A stretch of DNA of 64,000 nucleotides from Eledone cirrhosa (taxonomy: Eukaryota), in NCBI GenBank assembly GCA_964016885.1, contig OZ024756.1, positions 32,240,001 to 32,304,000 of the forward strand, in the 5' to 3' direction. The notes beneath the pieces were generated by a model. It saw only the letters and a list, made by a program, of their open reading frames with translations, searched no databases and was not told the DNA's origin. The position numbers and the translations under genes were made by a program. This document shows positions 40,817-55,347 of the stretch, in pieces (position 1 is the stretch's first letter; every line of letters begins with the position of its first letter).

Positions 40817-43359
40817 TTAGAATGACATGTTATTCTTATTTTGTTCAAATTTCTTTTGTATGTCAGCGTCTAATGGTATCCGATGTAGAATTTGAGATGT
40901 ATGCTAGATCTTTTATAAACGAAAATATCTTCCTTATTCTTCTAGTGTTGGTTTCTGGCAGTGTATAAGAATGTAACGTTGTTTAACTCCACATGCTCCA
41001 GTTGAAGTTGTTTGGCAGCTAATTAATTTACGATACTTTGAAAATCTTCATGCGTCTTTATTTCTAATATATTCTTCAGCATGTGTATATAATCTATCTT
41101 GTTTTTAAAGACATTTGAACAGCCAAATTAAAAGACATATTATGGAAAGCAGTGCATGTGTACAGCCGGACGTGATAAAACATGTACAAGCTTTTATACA
41201 ATAGCTCATTCTCTACTACATTGCAGATTTCTATAGGATCAGAGTATAAATGTTCAATAGGAACGTTGATTTAATGTCTAAGAAGAGAATTGTTGTATCT
41301 CTCTAGGGAAATATTGCTGAACAGGCTAATACACAAACGTTTCTCATGTCTAACTGGAATACGACTCTCGACAAATAATTTCCTTTTGTGTATGTAGTTT
41401 CTACTTGAAGAATAATTATATACAAACAATCCTATCAATTTCTTTCTAGATAGCAACATTAATTCTAGAATCCTTAGCTTTTCCATTGGAAGACAAATGA
41501 CCGCCTTTATTGATTTAATTTCTTCACATAAGCAGATCCATATGCAGTAGTAACATCTAGGCACTGTAAACGAAGTCGTTACTATTAAAAGTGATAAAGA
41601 CTTGGATTACTGGCTGAAGGATCTGGATTCCACGCTTGAAAATTGTGCTGAGGGTAACATAATAACTCTCTATTAAGAAACAAACATTTCCTTTTCTCTT
41701 AGTAACCCAAATATGAACCATACGTTATCACAAATCGCTACTACAGCTTAATTGGTTATTTTTTAATTAATATGTTCTTGTGATTGGTTATATTTTAATT
41801 AACATGTTCTTGTTTGGCTTTCAATATAGGCTTATCTCATAGGGAGAATAATACGATGCGGCAAACAATTTTTGGCCAATAAACGTTCAATATGTTAGAA
41901 ATGGCAGCCCTATTTGTATAATACACTTTCTACGTCATCACTGAATTATATCATCCTAATTCAGAAATCCCCGAGTAGAAGCCGGCAATGTTCTCTTTAG
42001 CCAGGAGTCTATCCCAATTCTCCAAGTGCTAATCAGTAAATAGATGCCCTAAGGTCACTATCAGGAGGGGATGTTCACGACTGGAATGTCTTGATCACTG
42101 GTCTTCTCAGTCAGCGCGAAAGTAGTGTTAAACAAGAATACATCAACGACTTCTATCCTGATCTTATTAAACCAATTTATTATTGATATTTCCACTTGAT
42201 TTCATGCAAAAGCTTTCCATCCTGTTAAACAAGAACAAAGAAATATTTCCTTGAAATGTATGCTTTTGTGTTTAGAATGAAAATGCTTGCATGAATGAAA
42301 TATGCCACACTAAAGACATTTCCAGTTAACCTACTTCAACGTTTTACCTAGAGGGCAGTAGAACCATATTCATGAAAAGATGGCTGACCAGAGGGGAATG
42401 AATGTATGTGGTTGTGTTTTGCGATGGAATATATCAAAGGGATGCAATGGAGGATATACATTTAGATTCTTATAAATTGATTTGAATTAAATTGATGTAG
42501 TGGATATCTTTACCGGCAATATTTTTAAATTCAAAACCTGCTAAATTTTTATTCTTTCGCTTCTGTGTTAAAAGCTTATCTCAACAGACTACAGGTTACT
42601 TGTGTTTCTGGAAATGTATCCACATTCCTAAAGAAAGTAAAAAAAAATAATACAATATCATTCAAATGTATTTTCCGCTTATATAATATAGTTGTTATGA
42701 CTAGGTCAATGCTGATTAAATATATAACCTCACGATCAAAAGCATTCTAACGATTACCACACTATCATTTTAAGAGCATGTCGAACTCCATATGTTATGT
42801 TCTAGCATATGAAATAAAGTTAACTGTGAAGGCCCATGACTTAATGATTAAGGTCCAAAACACATATTTATAAAGCCAAAGGTTCGATTCTTGGACCAGG
42901 TGAAAAGTTGTGTTCTTCACCAAAATACATTATTTGACGTTGCTCATTTTACTAGGACTTATAACCGGCAGATCATATCAAGAATGAGAAGATTAATGGA
43001 AACATGTTCTCATCAGACGAACTGTTCTTTTCCATTTAAGGCTTCTTTATAATACTTTATAATATGTCTTTTCTTATTTACGTCCTGAGATTAAATCCCG
43101 CCAAGGGATTTGATCTCAGCTTTGCCTTTCATCCTTAGGGAATCAATAAAATAAAGTACCAATATCATACTCGGGTCGATTTAATCGAATTTTCCATGCC
43201 GTCAAAATTGCTGGTCTTGTGCTTAAATCAGTAAACGTTATTTATACTGGTCGGTTATAATTGAAGGTAAATATTGCTTCACATTTTAGCAGTTTTGAAT
43301 ACACCTGAGATACTTTATATTTGGACCTAATCATGAACAGTAAAATTACTGTTCGTTGA

Positions 43360-44130
43360 TCAACAACAAAAAAAGCAGCAAAGAGCAAAAACAACAACAA
43401 TATCAACAACAACAATATCAACAACAACAATATCAACAGTCACAGTAACAACAACAACAACAAAAACAACAACACCAACAACAATATCACCAACAACAAC
43501 AGCACCAACAGCAATAGCAAATACAACAGCATCAACAGCAACAACAGCAACAACAAAAACAACAGCATCAACAGCAACAACATCAAAAACACCACAGCAC
43601 CAACAACAACAACAACAGCAACAGCAACAACAACAAAAACAACAACAACAAAACAACAGCACCAACAGCAACAACAACAAAAACAACAACAGCACCAACA
43701 ATGACAACAACAGCAACAGCAACAACAACAAAAACAACAACAACAAAACAACAGCACCAACAGCAACAGCAACAAAAACAACAACAGCACCAACAACGAC
43801 AACAGCACCAACAGCAACAACAACAACAACAACAACAGTATCACCAACAACAATATCACTAACAACAACGGGACTAACAGCAATAGCAAATACAACAGCA
43901 ATAACAGCAACAACACCAACAACAAACACAACAACAGCACCAACAACGACAACAACAGAAACAACAACAAAAACAACAACAACAAAAACAACAGCACCAA
44001 CAGCAATAACAAAAACAACAGCTAGAGCACCCTCACCAACAACAACAGCTGTAACAGCAACAAAACAACAGCAACAACAGCACCGCATCAACAATAGCAT
44101 CAAAAGCAACAGCACAACAGCAACAACCGT
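43360..44130. repeat. Long degenerate (CAA/CAG)n low-complexity tract
   Basis: Cryptic trinucleotide repeat. Similar tracts at 10860-11140, 22990-23300, 26030-26420 and 33857-34050. Confidence 0.9.
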
Positions 44131-44531
44131 GTACACTACTCTAAAGAATATTGAATTCAGTGATAATATACCAACCAGCAAGTCAGTATTAATCTATAGT
44201 AAATGGAAACAGAATTCCACATACACAGCTTAAATAAATTAACATCAAACAATAACAAAGCGGTAAGAAGATTGATCATTGTAAGGAATTTGTAAGAATA
44301 CGTTTAAAGGTATGCTTTTAATACAACATTTAATGGTATCGTTGTCTGTCCCCCTTTGATCTATTCTTAAAGCCAATCTATGGAGATGAAAGAAGATTCG
44401 GGTATAACTGAATGAATGAACGAATGAATGAATGAATGAATGCACATTTTGGTAAATGTTACAACACTCAAATATACGTATATCAATCATGTACACTGTT
44501 TGTATCTATGTATGTATATATTATATATATG

Positions 44532-44612
<81 letters not shown>

Positions 44613-44800
44613 TTATATATATACATATAATGTACATATATATATATGATGTATATATAAATAAATATATACATATATATATATGTGTATATTTATTTAT
44701 ATATACATCATATATATATATGTACATTATATATATGCATATATATATACGTATATGTATATATTCATATATAAATGCATCATATATTTACATATGTATA

Positions 44801-44907
<107 letters not shown>

Positions 44908-45702
44908 GTGTGTGTGTGTGTGTGTGTGTGTGTTAGCTAATTGAACGGAGGTTTATATGTTGTGAAATTAGTTGAAATATCTCTTAAGCAAAGTAAGTAC
45001 TGTTTATACAACACAAATGCATTAATAAAGGTACACTGCATTGTTTTCTAGATTTTCACCACAAGAGTTGTTTCAATAATTCCCTATACGGACGTCTCGT
45101 TCGTTAGCTTATGATATTTCAACGTTAAATGTTTAAATACTACTGACGTTCGTAGACATTTATATTATTGAACTTTTTTCTCCTCTGCAGATTTAGCATC
45201 AGCATAATTTTCATTATACAGCAAGCATTCTTGAGAATAAAAGCGCTTAAACAGGTTTTATTTCAAAAAAACATGGCAGCCTCTTTTTCCGTTCTTGAGA
45301 AATAAAGAGACAGCTAGATATTGTAAATGTTCGGATATTGTTAAGCAGTATAAATATTTATTTTTATATGTATTTTTATTTGGTTAACAGAATAGAAACT
45401 TGACTAGATTTTCTCATCGATTTTCTCTAAGTAGATTAGCATCGTTAATGAAGTGAATTAATTACAGCAGCCTTAAACGAGATATAGTTACGTGATTAAA
45501 ATTCGCCATAAACATTACCTCATTTTTCTGATTTATTATCACGCACAAATATATTTATTAGAAGTGGGAATATGCACAAACTTCTACCCCAACCACGCGA
45601 AACATCAATATTATTGAAGCAATTAAATTATCGGTAAAAATTGAATCTCACGGAGGGAATAATTTTAGATTCTTTTGGCATTAGTTGTCGTAAATGTAAA
45701 GT

Positions 45703-46108
45703 TGGTGGGTTGGCAGCATCGGTAGAGGGTCGGACGCCAGGCTTTGAAGCATAGAGTACGGCCCTTTATTATCTGAGTTCAAATCCCGCCGTGGTTAACC
45801 TTGCTTTTCATTGTTACGGGGTCGATAAAATAAAGTACCAATCACGCATTTGGGGTCGATTTAATCGACATTCCCCTTCCCCAAAATTGCTGGCATTGTG
45901 CCTATATTAGAAACAATTTAAGGGCGGTGGATTGGCAGTATCGGTAGAAAGCCGGACGCCATGCTTGCAGCATAGAGTACGGCCCTTTATGATCTCAGTT
46001 CAAATCCCGCCGAGGTTAACTTTGCTTTTCTTTCTTACGGGGTCGATAAAATAAAGTACCAGTCACGCACTGGGTTCGATTTAATCGACTTTCTCCTCCC
46101 CCCAAAAG
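45703..46108 (+). mobile_element. Two tandem family A SINEs (long form, second lacks its tail)
   Basis: Consensus matches including the GTCGATTTAATCGAC hairpin. Confidence 0.9.
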
Positions 46109-46805
46109 AAAGCATTTAGTCGTCGTAGTTTTTGTTGTTTATATTAACTTTAGTATTAGTGAAATATTATGGTTGTTGTAGTTGTTACTTTTATTAATGT
46201 TGGGTGTTGTTGTTTCGTTGTTGTTAGTTGGTCCCAGGTTAACCCTTATGGAATATAAAGACTTACGATCAAAAACATTTCAGTTTTGAACATCTCAGCA
46301 TGTTAATATAACTTCTTTACTTTCTTTCCAATAATGTCGTTAGAAAGTGTACTAAAATATTTTGATGCAGTATTTCCACTCATCTCTTTATCAAGATTTC
46401 TCTCTGTAAATCGACACTGTTCCTACCTGCACAAGGAGGTATGAGACCCGATATGTTAACAAATAATCAAATATATGCTGTATGTCATCACAATGACCCT
46501 AGGTTTGCTTAAGGCGTTAAGAGCACATTGATAGCTAGACTTTATCCAATGGGAAGTTCGTTTCTGAATACATCTTTGTGAGATTAAATCTGAATCTTAT
46601 TTAAAAGTATAAGGTTTCTAGTCGTGTTTTCATACAGGGTGAAATAACAGGAAATATATAAGCCTGAAATAAGTATAATATAATCGACTTAACTATGTGC
46701 AGTAAGTGTGAATATTTTCTCATAATGAAAGGTTGACGTTTCTTTCGGTGGATAAATCTGAAATAATACACACACATACCTACACACATATATCTACACA
46801 CACAC

Positions 46806-46877
<72 letters not shown>

Positions 46878-47014
46878 GTAGGTCCCGGGTTGAGTCGGGG
46901 ATAACCACAGTAAGTAAGGTACTCAATACATGGCAGAGTAAATTTTTTTATTTTATAGAAGGAGCTTCTACAGGACTAGTACTGTTTCATTCAGATATGT
47001 GTATATATATATAT

Positions 47015-47249
47015 ATATATATGAACATGTATATATTGTGTGTGTGAATATGAGGGGGACATGTGAAAAAGTGGAATGATAAGAAGTTGATGCATGGAAT
47101 TACGCCTTAAGATGTATGTAATTATATATATATATATTTATATATATGTGAATATGTATATATTGTGTGTGTGAATGGTGAATATGGGAGGGGCGCATGT
47201 GAAAAAATGGAAAGATAAGAGGTTGATGCATGGAATTAGGCTTTAAGAT
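47015..47249. repeat. Tandem duplication, ~120-bp unit
   Basis: ATGTATATATTGTGTGTGTGAAT...CATGTGAAAAA.TGGAA.GATAAGA.GTTGATGCATGGAATTA...TTAAGATG twice. Confidence 0.85.
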
Positions 47250-47655
47250 GGCAGAAGAGAGAATTAGCTGTGAAATTTATACATTAAAAGCAATATTCTT
47301 TTCTCCTTTTATGAAATATGAACAGACTCATCTGAATTTCGCTCTGTGTCTTATATATGTTTTGTCTGTATATATGTATGTGTCTGTATGTATGCATATA
47401 ATTACGATATATATATATATATATATATATTTATGTATACAAGTATAAAATCACCTGAGGTTTAGAAGATGGCAGCGATTTGAATTTGAAAATTGAATTG
47501 AATTAGCAGCTTTCACAGTAAATGGTTTTATTAGAGAACATATTCTAATAGCGATAACGAGGCGTAAAATAGCCCACATATGGGAATCTGCACGCCTGGG
47601 ATACGAACAGACAATTCTAAGCGGCCTAAAAGTTGGGCAAGGTTGTGTGATCGGC

Positions 47656-47931
47656 AAAGAAATTGTGGTAAGAAACCAGGTGGACCATAACACATCAGAG
47701 TACCCGATACTTAGAGTAGTAGAGTGTGTCATTGGAAAAGAGTCAGGACCCCGACGCCTGAGCTCCGGCCGTTTCGACAGCTATTTCAGGACGTTTATTC
47801 CTGAAATAGCCGTCGAACGGCTTGAGCTCTGCCGTCCGGTCATACGTTTTCCTATTTCCCACTCTACACCTTAAGTATTGAGTACTCTGGTGCGTTATGG
47901 TCCATTTGGTTCCTTCCCACAATTACCTTTG

Positions 47932-47934
<3 letters not shown>
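47656..47934. mobile_element. Family B: two long, mutually diverged arms in inverted orientation
   Basis: 47656-47792 and 47799-47934 are homologous and inverted. Confidence 0.85.
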
Positions 47935-48026
<92 letters not shown>

Positions 48027-48333
48027 AGTGTGTGTTTGCATTCAAACATACATACATACTTATACACATTTGAGAATACTGAATAAATGAAGTGATCGTG
48101 GGCGTCTGCCGTTTACCTTAGTAACGTTCAAAATGTGGAGAAGAATTTAAACATAGCTATAGGACTACTGTTATATTTGTCAATGTTTGTATGGCTCTAT
48201 TTTACAGACTGGCATGCACGCGCACAGACAAGCGCATATTTATATATATATGTATATACATATATATACATATATATATATATAAATACATGTATGTATA
48301 TATATATACATATATATGTATATATATATATAC

Positions 48334-48374
<41 letters not shown>

Positions 48375-48377
<3 letters not shown>

Positions 48378-48588
48378 CGAAGGAAATGTGGTAAGGAACC
48401 AGGTGGACGATAACGCACCAAAGTACTCAATACTTAGGGTAGTAGAGTGGGTAATAGGAACAAGTAAGACCCCGACGGCTGAGCTCAAGCCGTTTCGACG
48501 GCTAATTCTGTACTGAATTAGCCGTCGAATTGAGTACAGAATTAGCTGTCGAAACGGCTTGAGCTCAGCCGTCGGGGTCTTACTTGTT

Positions 48589-48592
<4 letters not shown>
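48375..48592. mobile_element. Family B fold-back element inside (TA)n
   Basis: Same long-arm/short-arm layout, with a rearranged centre at 48510-48540. Confidence 0.9.
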
Positions 48593-48653
<61 letters not shown>

Positions 48654-48755
48654 ATATATATATATATATATATACTCTAGATTAAAAAATATTTTCCAGA
48701 GTTATTAATATTAATTCAAATATTAACAAAATAGATATCCTTGTGATCAATTAAA

Positions 48756-48818
48756 TTGTATTATACATATTTCAGAGATACTGAATTAAGTTGAACAGTA
48801 CGTCCTCATCAGATAAAA
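48756..48818 (-). ncRNA. Type I minimal hammerhead ribozyme (family D, left arm of palindrome)
   Basis: TTTTAT-CTGATGA-GGACGTACTG[12 nt]CAGTATCTCT-GAA-ATATGTAT-A-ATACAA. Confidence 0.75.
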
Positions 48819-48927
48819 TAAAATGATACATGACATATCCTGACATGGTAGATGGTTAAGATTTAACCAAGGTACCTTGATTAAATTTAACCATCTACCA
48901 TGTCAGGGTATGTCATGAATCATTTTA

Positions 48928-48990
48928 TTTTATCTGATGAGGACGTACTGTTGAACTTAATTCATTACCTCTGAAATATGTATAATAAAA
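48928..48990 (+). ncRNA. Type I minimal hammerhead ribozyme (family D, right arm of palindrome)
   Basis: TTTTAT-CTGATGA-GGACGTACTG[12 nt]CATTACCTCT-GAA-ATATGTAT-A-ATAAAA. Confidence 0.77.
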
Positions 48991-49037
48991 TTTAATTGAT
49001 CACAAGGATATCTATTTTGTTAATATTTGAATTAATA

Positions 49038-49095
<58 letters not shown>

Positions 49096-49228
49096 TATAT
49101 ATATATACATATACATATTAACGTACGTGTGTCTGCATTTCACAGACAGACACACACACCCATACGTATATAAATATATATTTAGTCTTCACATTTATTA
49201 TTATTACTATATATTATATATATATATG

Positions 49229-49324
<96 letters not shown>

Positions 49325-49838
49325 CGCGCGTGTGTGTGTGTGAGAGAGAATGTATTGATATTCTTCTCTAAAGATTATCTTCAATGCCTGGTAGCAAGAG
49401 GACGCATTGTAAGCTATCATATAATAAAAATAATAATTTTTGCTCGTCCATCCGATTCTTCTTCTTCTTCTTCTTCCTCTCTTTCTTCTTCATTAATTAT
49501 AGTCATTGGCTTCTTTCAGTTTTCCTTCGCTGATTGTTCGTTTATTCAATTCCATTCAACTCAGAATCTTATGTAAGTATTCATGTGACTTGACATATAA
49601 ACCATCACTCCTTCCACCCCTCCCCAACTTTCGTTGCTCCTCCCACATACCATCATAAATAGTTACCCCCACCATTCAGCACTCCTCCTACCCTAATTGT
49701 GTCATCACTCCTCCCTCTCATCCCACACACCACCATAGCTACCCCCCCCCCATTTCTCATTCATCAACAATCTCATTTCCTACGATATTCCTCGCTCTCA
49801 GACCCTCATCATGCTATATATATATATATATATATAAA

Positions 49839-50187
49839 AAAAAGATGAAATCGAAAATGCAACTGGAGTCTTCTTTAAAAAAAATATATATATTTATTTG
49901 GTTCCTTTACCGGTTTCTCAGTTCTTCTGCTTTTCAAAAGTAGAGTTGAAATGGAGGGTCTGTGGTTTTTCTCACAGATGAGAAAAACCACCGACCCTCC
50001 ATCTTAACTCTACTTTTGAAAAGCAGAAGAACTGCGAAACCGGTAAAGGAACCAAATAAATATATATATTTTTTAAAAATAAGACTCCAGTTGCATTTTC
50101 GATTTCATCTTTTCTTCTTTATACTTTCACTCGTGTAGGACACCTCGGTTATTTTTCATTTTGTAAAAAAAACAAAAGAAACCTTAC

Positions 50188-50192
<5 letters not shown>
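49839..50192. mobile_element. Family E fold-back element (~135-bp arms plus ~80-bp unpaired extension) inside (TA)n
   Basis: 49839-49973 pairs with 49979-50113. Homologues at 29742-29916 and 34849-34915. Confidence 0.88.
50013..50048 (+). ncRNA. Minimal hammerhead-like motif with U3-A8 core variant (family E)
   Basis: CTT-TTGAAAA-GCAG[AAGAA]CTGC-GAA-ACCGGT-A-AAG. Inverted twin at 49905-49940; decayed relatives near 29828-29863, 34849-34875 and 52566-52601. Confidence 0.6.
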
Positions 50193-50238
<46 letters not shown>

Positions 50239-50842
50239 AGATGTTGGAATGAGTTGGTACTGATCCTGAACCAACTACTCAACGAACTCGTTAAACACCC
50301 AGTCATACCTGCTTCTATCTTATATATTATATATTATATAGTATATAATATGTATTATATAGTTTATATCATATATTGTGTGAAGAATGTAGAATAATAC
50401 ATATATATTATTTATTTAAGTTGATGTTATCAAAATAAATTTGAAATATTCTGGTAGAAAAGGCATTTAAAACTCGGTCTATAAATTATGTATGTTTAAT
50501 CCCACGAAGTTATTTAAATATGCACATCTACACATAAAAATAGATACACATACACACCTACATACATACGTTCATATATACATGAATACATACATAAATG
50601 CATATATGCATACATATAAACATACGTACATAGACAAATATATACATAAATACATACATATATGCATACATAAATACATATATACATTTACACATAAATA
50701 CATGCATACATACATTAGAAGTATATAACCAATTATAAAATTTGATGACATTTATTTCAAATGCTCACGCACAAACACACACAAACACACACACACATAT
50801 ATACATGCCTGTATACAATGATGCACATATATATGTATATAT

Positions 50843-50918
<76 letters not shown>

Positions 50919-51099
50919 ATATATATGCGTTTATGAACGTATATATATAAATATATATATTATATATGTATATATATTATATATATGTATATATATGTAT
51001 ACTCTTATATATATATATATATAAATATATATATATATGTGTGTATGTGTATATATTTAGGTATACGTTGATGTACGTTATGCATACGCCCCCCCCCCC

Positions 51100-51130
<31 letters not shown>

Positions 51131-51182
51131 TATATATATATGTGTATGTATATATACAGGTGTACTTTTATGTACGTTATGA

Positions 51183-51227
<45 letters not shown>

Positions 51228-52139
51228 TATATATATATAAACCTAACGCATATAAATATCTTATATACATTTCTTCTGTTCACATATTATCTCGTACACA
51301 ATTCGTATCAAGCAGCAATATTTGATGATGTCTTCTTCTTCTTCAAAAAAAAAATCATATAATGCGTTTGATGAAACAAAGATATTTTGAAAAAACGATT
51401 CTCCCATACGCTTACGCAGCAAAAATAATTAGATTTAAGTTACATGCTGTTCTGGAAAGGAGCAAAGAAATACAATATCGGAAAATTATCAGGAAATAAC
51501 GGATGCTACTGGAAGAATATAGTGCGTTACTTTTATGTACATGCGAGTTTTTTGCTTATTATGTACTGTAAGATTATTTGCCACACAATATATGTATGTG
51601 TGTGTGTGTGTGTGTGTGTGTTTATGTGTGTGTGGGTGTGTATATGTGTGTGTATGTATATATATATATATAAGAAACAGAAACATATACACAAGGACAT
51701 ATGTGTGTATTTATATATATATATAGAGAGAGAGAGAGAAGCAGAGAGAGAGAAAGACAGAGAGACAGCGACAGAGAGGGAGAGAGAGAGAAAGAGAGAG
51801 GTAGAGAGAGAGAGAGAGAGAGAGAGGGGGGATCTTGCGTATTAACATATGTATGGATAGTGAAGTCGCAAGGTTTAATGGCTACAGTGCTAGGCTCACC
51901 GATATGATGACAATATTTCAACTCAAATGAAAAATGATTTGAAGCTTTAATTTGATAGCCAAGCATTGTCAAACGATCTGTCATGCTAAAGTTTAACTTA
52001 TCTATGGAACACTTAGTCAATTTTATGCGATATTTTCAAGAACAGGGAGTTTTGTTCATTAAACAACTGAAACACTCTTCACTGAAAACAAAATATATAC
52101 CAAACTTATAATATATATACCAAATAAATATATACCAAA

Positions 52140-52182
<43 letters not shown>

Positions 52183-52407
52183 GTTTGAGTATGTGTAATA
52201 AAGCCAAAACAATGCAGGTATGGACATAGAAAAAAGAATGCAATTGTAAAAGATATTGTTGACAATTCGTCCTTTACCTTAGATTTATTTAAATGTCCTT
52301 AATTTTCGAGATAATATCTCTTCTTCAGAGGGAAATAAAGGTCTCAAACCAGCGTTCTAAATATCTTGCCAAGCCATGCTGACAGGAAATAGTATAGAGC
52401 CTCCTCC

Positions 52408-52526
<119 letters not shown>

Positions 52527-52716
52527 ATATACATATATATATATATACGCTGTATCATAAAATTATTTTTGAAAAGCATTAGAAGTGCGCAACCGGTAAA
52601 ACACTTAAAACTAACACTGAATACTAACCATTACTTATTACTAATTTATATTTATTCCTAATTAAACTATTTTTCACTGGAAAAAATCTGTCAGCATTTT
52701 CTTTTCCTTTTTATTA

Positions 52717-52787
<71 letters not shown>

Positions 52788-52928
52788 TAAATCTACCAAA
52801 AGTTTACGGTAGTGTCCAATATGCATGCCAATTCTAACACATATATGTCCTAGAAACGATCGTTAAATAATGAACTTTTTTTGTTTAATATAAGGAACTG
52901 TTTCATTGTTTTATTAATTATTTTTTAA

Positions 52929-53016
<88 letters not shown>

Positions 53017-53247
53017 TATAACGTGAGTATACGATGTTTAGGTTCACGTTAGTGGCGAGGTGTGGAGGTAGACAGAGTGTACTATAATTGTTTCTACTTT
53101 TGGCACAATGCCAGCAATTAATCCAGTGTATTACTGGTACTTTATTCTATCGCCAGACACCGCCAGACAGATTATAATATATTGATACAAGGACGATTTG
53201 TTAAGCTTTCATTAGGTTGATACATGTAATGAAGGCCTAAAAAAAAA

Positions 53248-53308
<61 letters not shown>

Positions 53309-53479
53309 GAGAGAGAGAGAGATGGAGAGAAAGTAAGTGAGATAGGTTAATACTTATGTGATGATGTAAAAATTCCATTCATCATACGTTGTTGAATTCA
53401 AGTGTTATACCTATTTTTCGGTGGGTCACTAGTTCAAGTAGGCATAACTAAATCTGACTCGGCACCGAATAGATGGCCA

Positions 53480-53720
53480 TAGCATTGGAGAAAGCTGCAC
53501 GTCAAGGACCTAAGTATATCATACAACGACAACATGTAGAAAAGTTCGTACCACTTCGCATCGCTGCATCCAAAAGATCGTAAGTGTATTAGGCATGAGG
53601 GAAACAATATACAGATCATAAACAGCGAGATTCAATACAAATATTTCAACACCACGATACACAATGACAAGACTCTTATATGGTAAACCTGTTAATACAA
53701 CGAAGAAACTGTAGAATATC
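53480..53720 (+). pseudogene. Possible heavily decayed RTE/BovB-like C-terminal fragment
   Basis: Broken peptides RQHVEKF, HRCIQKIVSV and TRLLYGK resemble RHIxxLExFHxRCLRxIL and KRLLYGEL. Confidence 0.35.
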
Positions 53721-54024
53721 AAGAGTCAACTCTTAGCCTTAATAAAGAATACTTAAACTATATGTATATAGTATTATTAAACAAAAAGACCAAAACTCTA
53801 GACAGTAATTGACGAAATTAGTATATATCTACACGCACAAAAATATGTATATATATCTAAATTTATACACACACAAATATATATATATATATATATAAAT
53901 TATATATAATTATATAAATGATTTTCAGCAGATGATATATTGTCAGGTTTATAAATATTAAATACTGGTGCAATGGATATAAGCCATGTATACATACATA
54001 TACACACATACACCCACACACGCA

Positions 54025-54086
<62 letters not shown>

Positions 54087-54190
54087 AATATATTATATGG
54101 TAGTAACAAGTCTTGCTTTGAAAGATGTTGGCCATGAATACATACACATCCATTCACACACATTAAATTTATATACACACACACACACAC

Positions 54191-54234
<44 letters not shown>

Positions 54235-54553
54235 ATGTGTGTGTGTGTGTGTGTGGGTGTGATTGTATATATTTATGTATATATATATATATATATATCA
54301 ATATATGTATATACATCGATATATTTATGTATGTTTGTATTTATGTATGTATATAACTATGTATGTATCTATATATGTGTATGAACGTGAGTGTGCGTGA
54401 GTACTTTGTGTCTTGAAATTTGTTGGTCATAAATAATCGCATTACACGAAGAAGAAAACATATTTGAATAACGAAAAAGAAAATTGAACATCGTTATGAA
54501 TTTATGATAACTTTCCTTATAAAATATATACTTACACATACTTATATACAACT

Positions 54554-54616
<63 letters not shown>

Positions 54617-54824
54617 TACGTGCACCAGTATGAATATATACACTCACACACATATATATACATGTATATATACACATATATGTATATACACATATATGTA
54701 TATACACATATATGTATATACACATATATGTATATACACATATATGTATATACACATATATGTATATATACATATATATATGTATATATATACATATATA
54801 TGCACACAGACATACACACACACT

Positions 54825-54892
<68 letters not shown>

Positions 54893-55202
54893 CATAAATG
54901 TTATATTTTCCATTCTTCACTTTATTCACCAATATATTTTTTGGTTGCTTTGTTTTAAAACGTAAATGTGGAATTTATCTATTCATCAAAAACACTGACC
55001 TCGTCTTCTAGCACACTCTCAATACACGAAACACACACTTCCCCGAAGTAGAATGACAGAGAGAAATAACTTATTTTTCTCTCCTCTGACTTAACCTATT
55101 TTCAGACTAAAGGCAATACAAAAAATATAACTAACAATTTAAATGAACCCACAAGGGTGCCTCTTTTCAAAATTCCCCTCTAAGCAACATTTACTGTCTT
55201 GT

Positions 55203-55291
<89 letters not shown>

Positions 55292-55294
55292 ATC

Positions 55295-55347
<53 letters not shown>

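Larger units (their letters stand above)
48674..49043. mobile_element. Family D fold-back element (~170-bp arms, centre AAGGTACCTT at 48869-48878) inside (TA)n
   Basis: Arms 48703-48873 and 48874-49043 are near-perfect reverse complements, homologous to 1373-1570, with (TA)n on both sides. Confidence 0.9.

Noticed and set aside
41271-41564. 97-aa non-repetitive ORF
   Set aside because: No recognisable motif, no ATG start and no supporting exon context.
43360-44181. 273-aa and 192-aa Val/Leu/Cys-rich ORFs
   Set aside because: They arise from degenerate (CAA)n repeats and show no domain or splice evidence.
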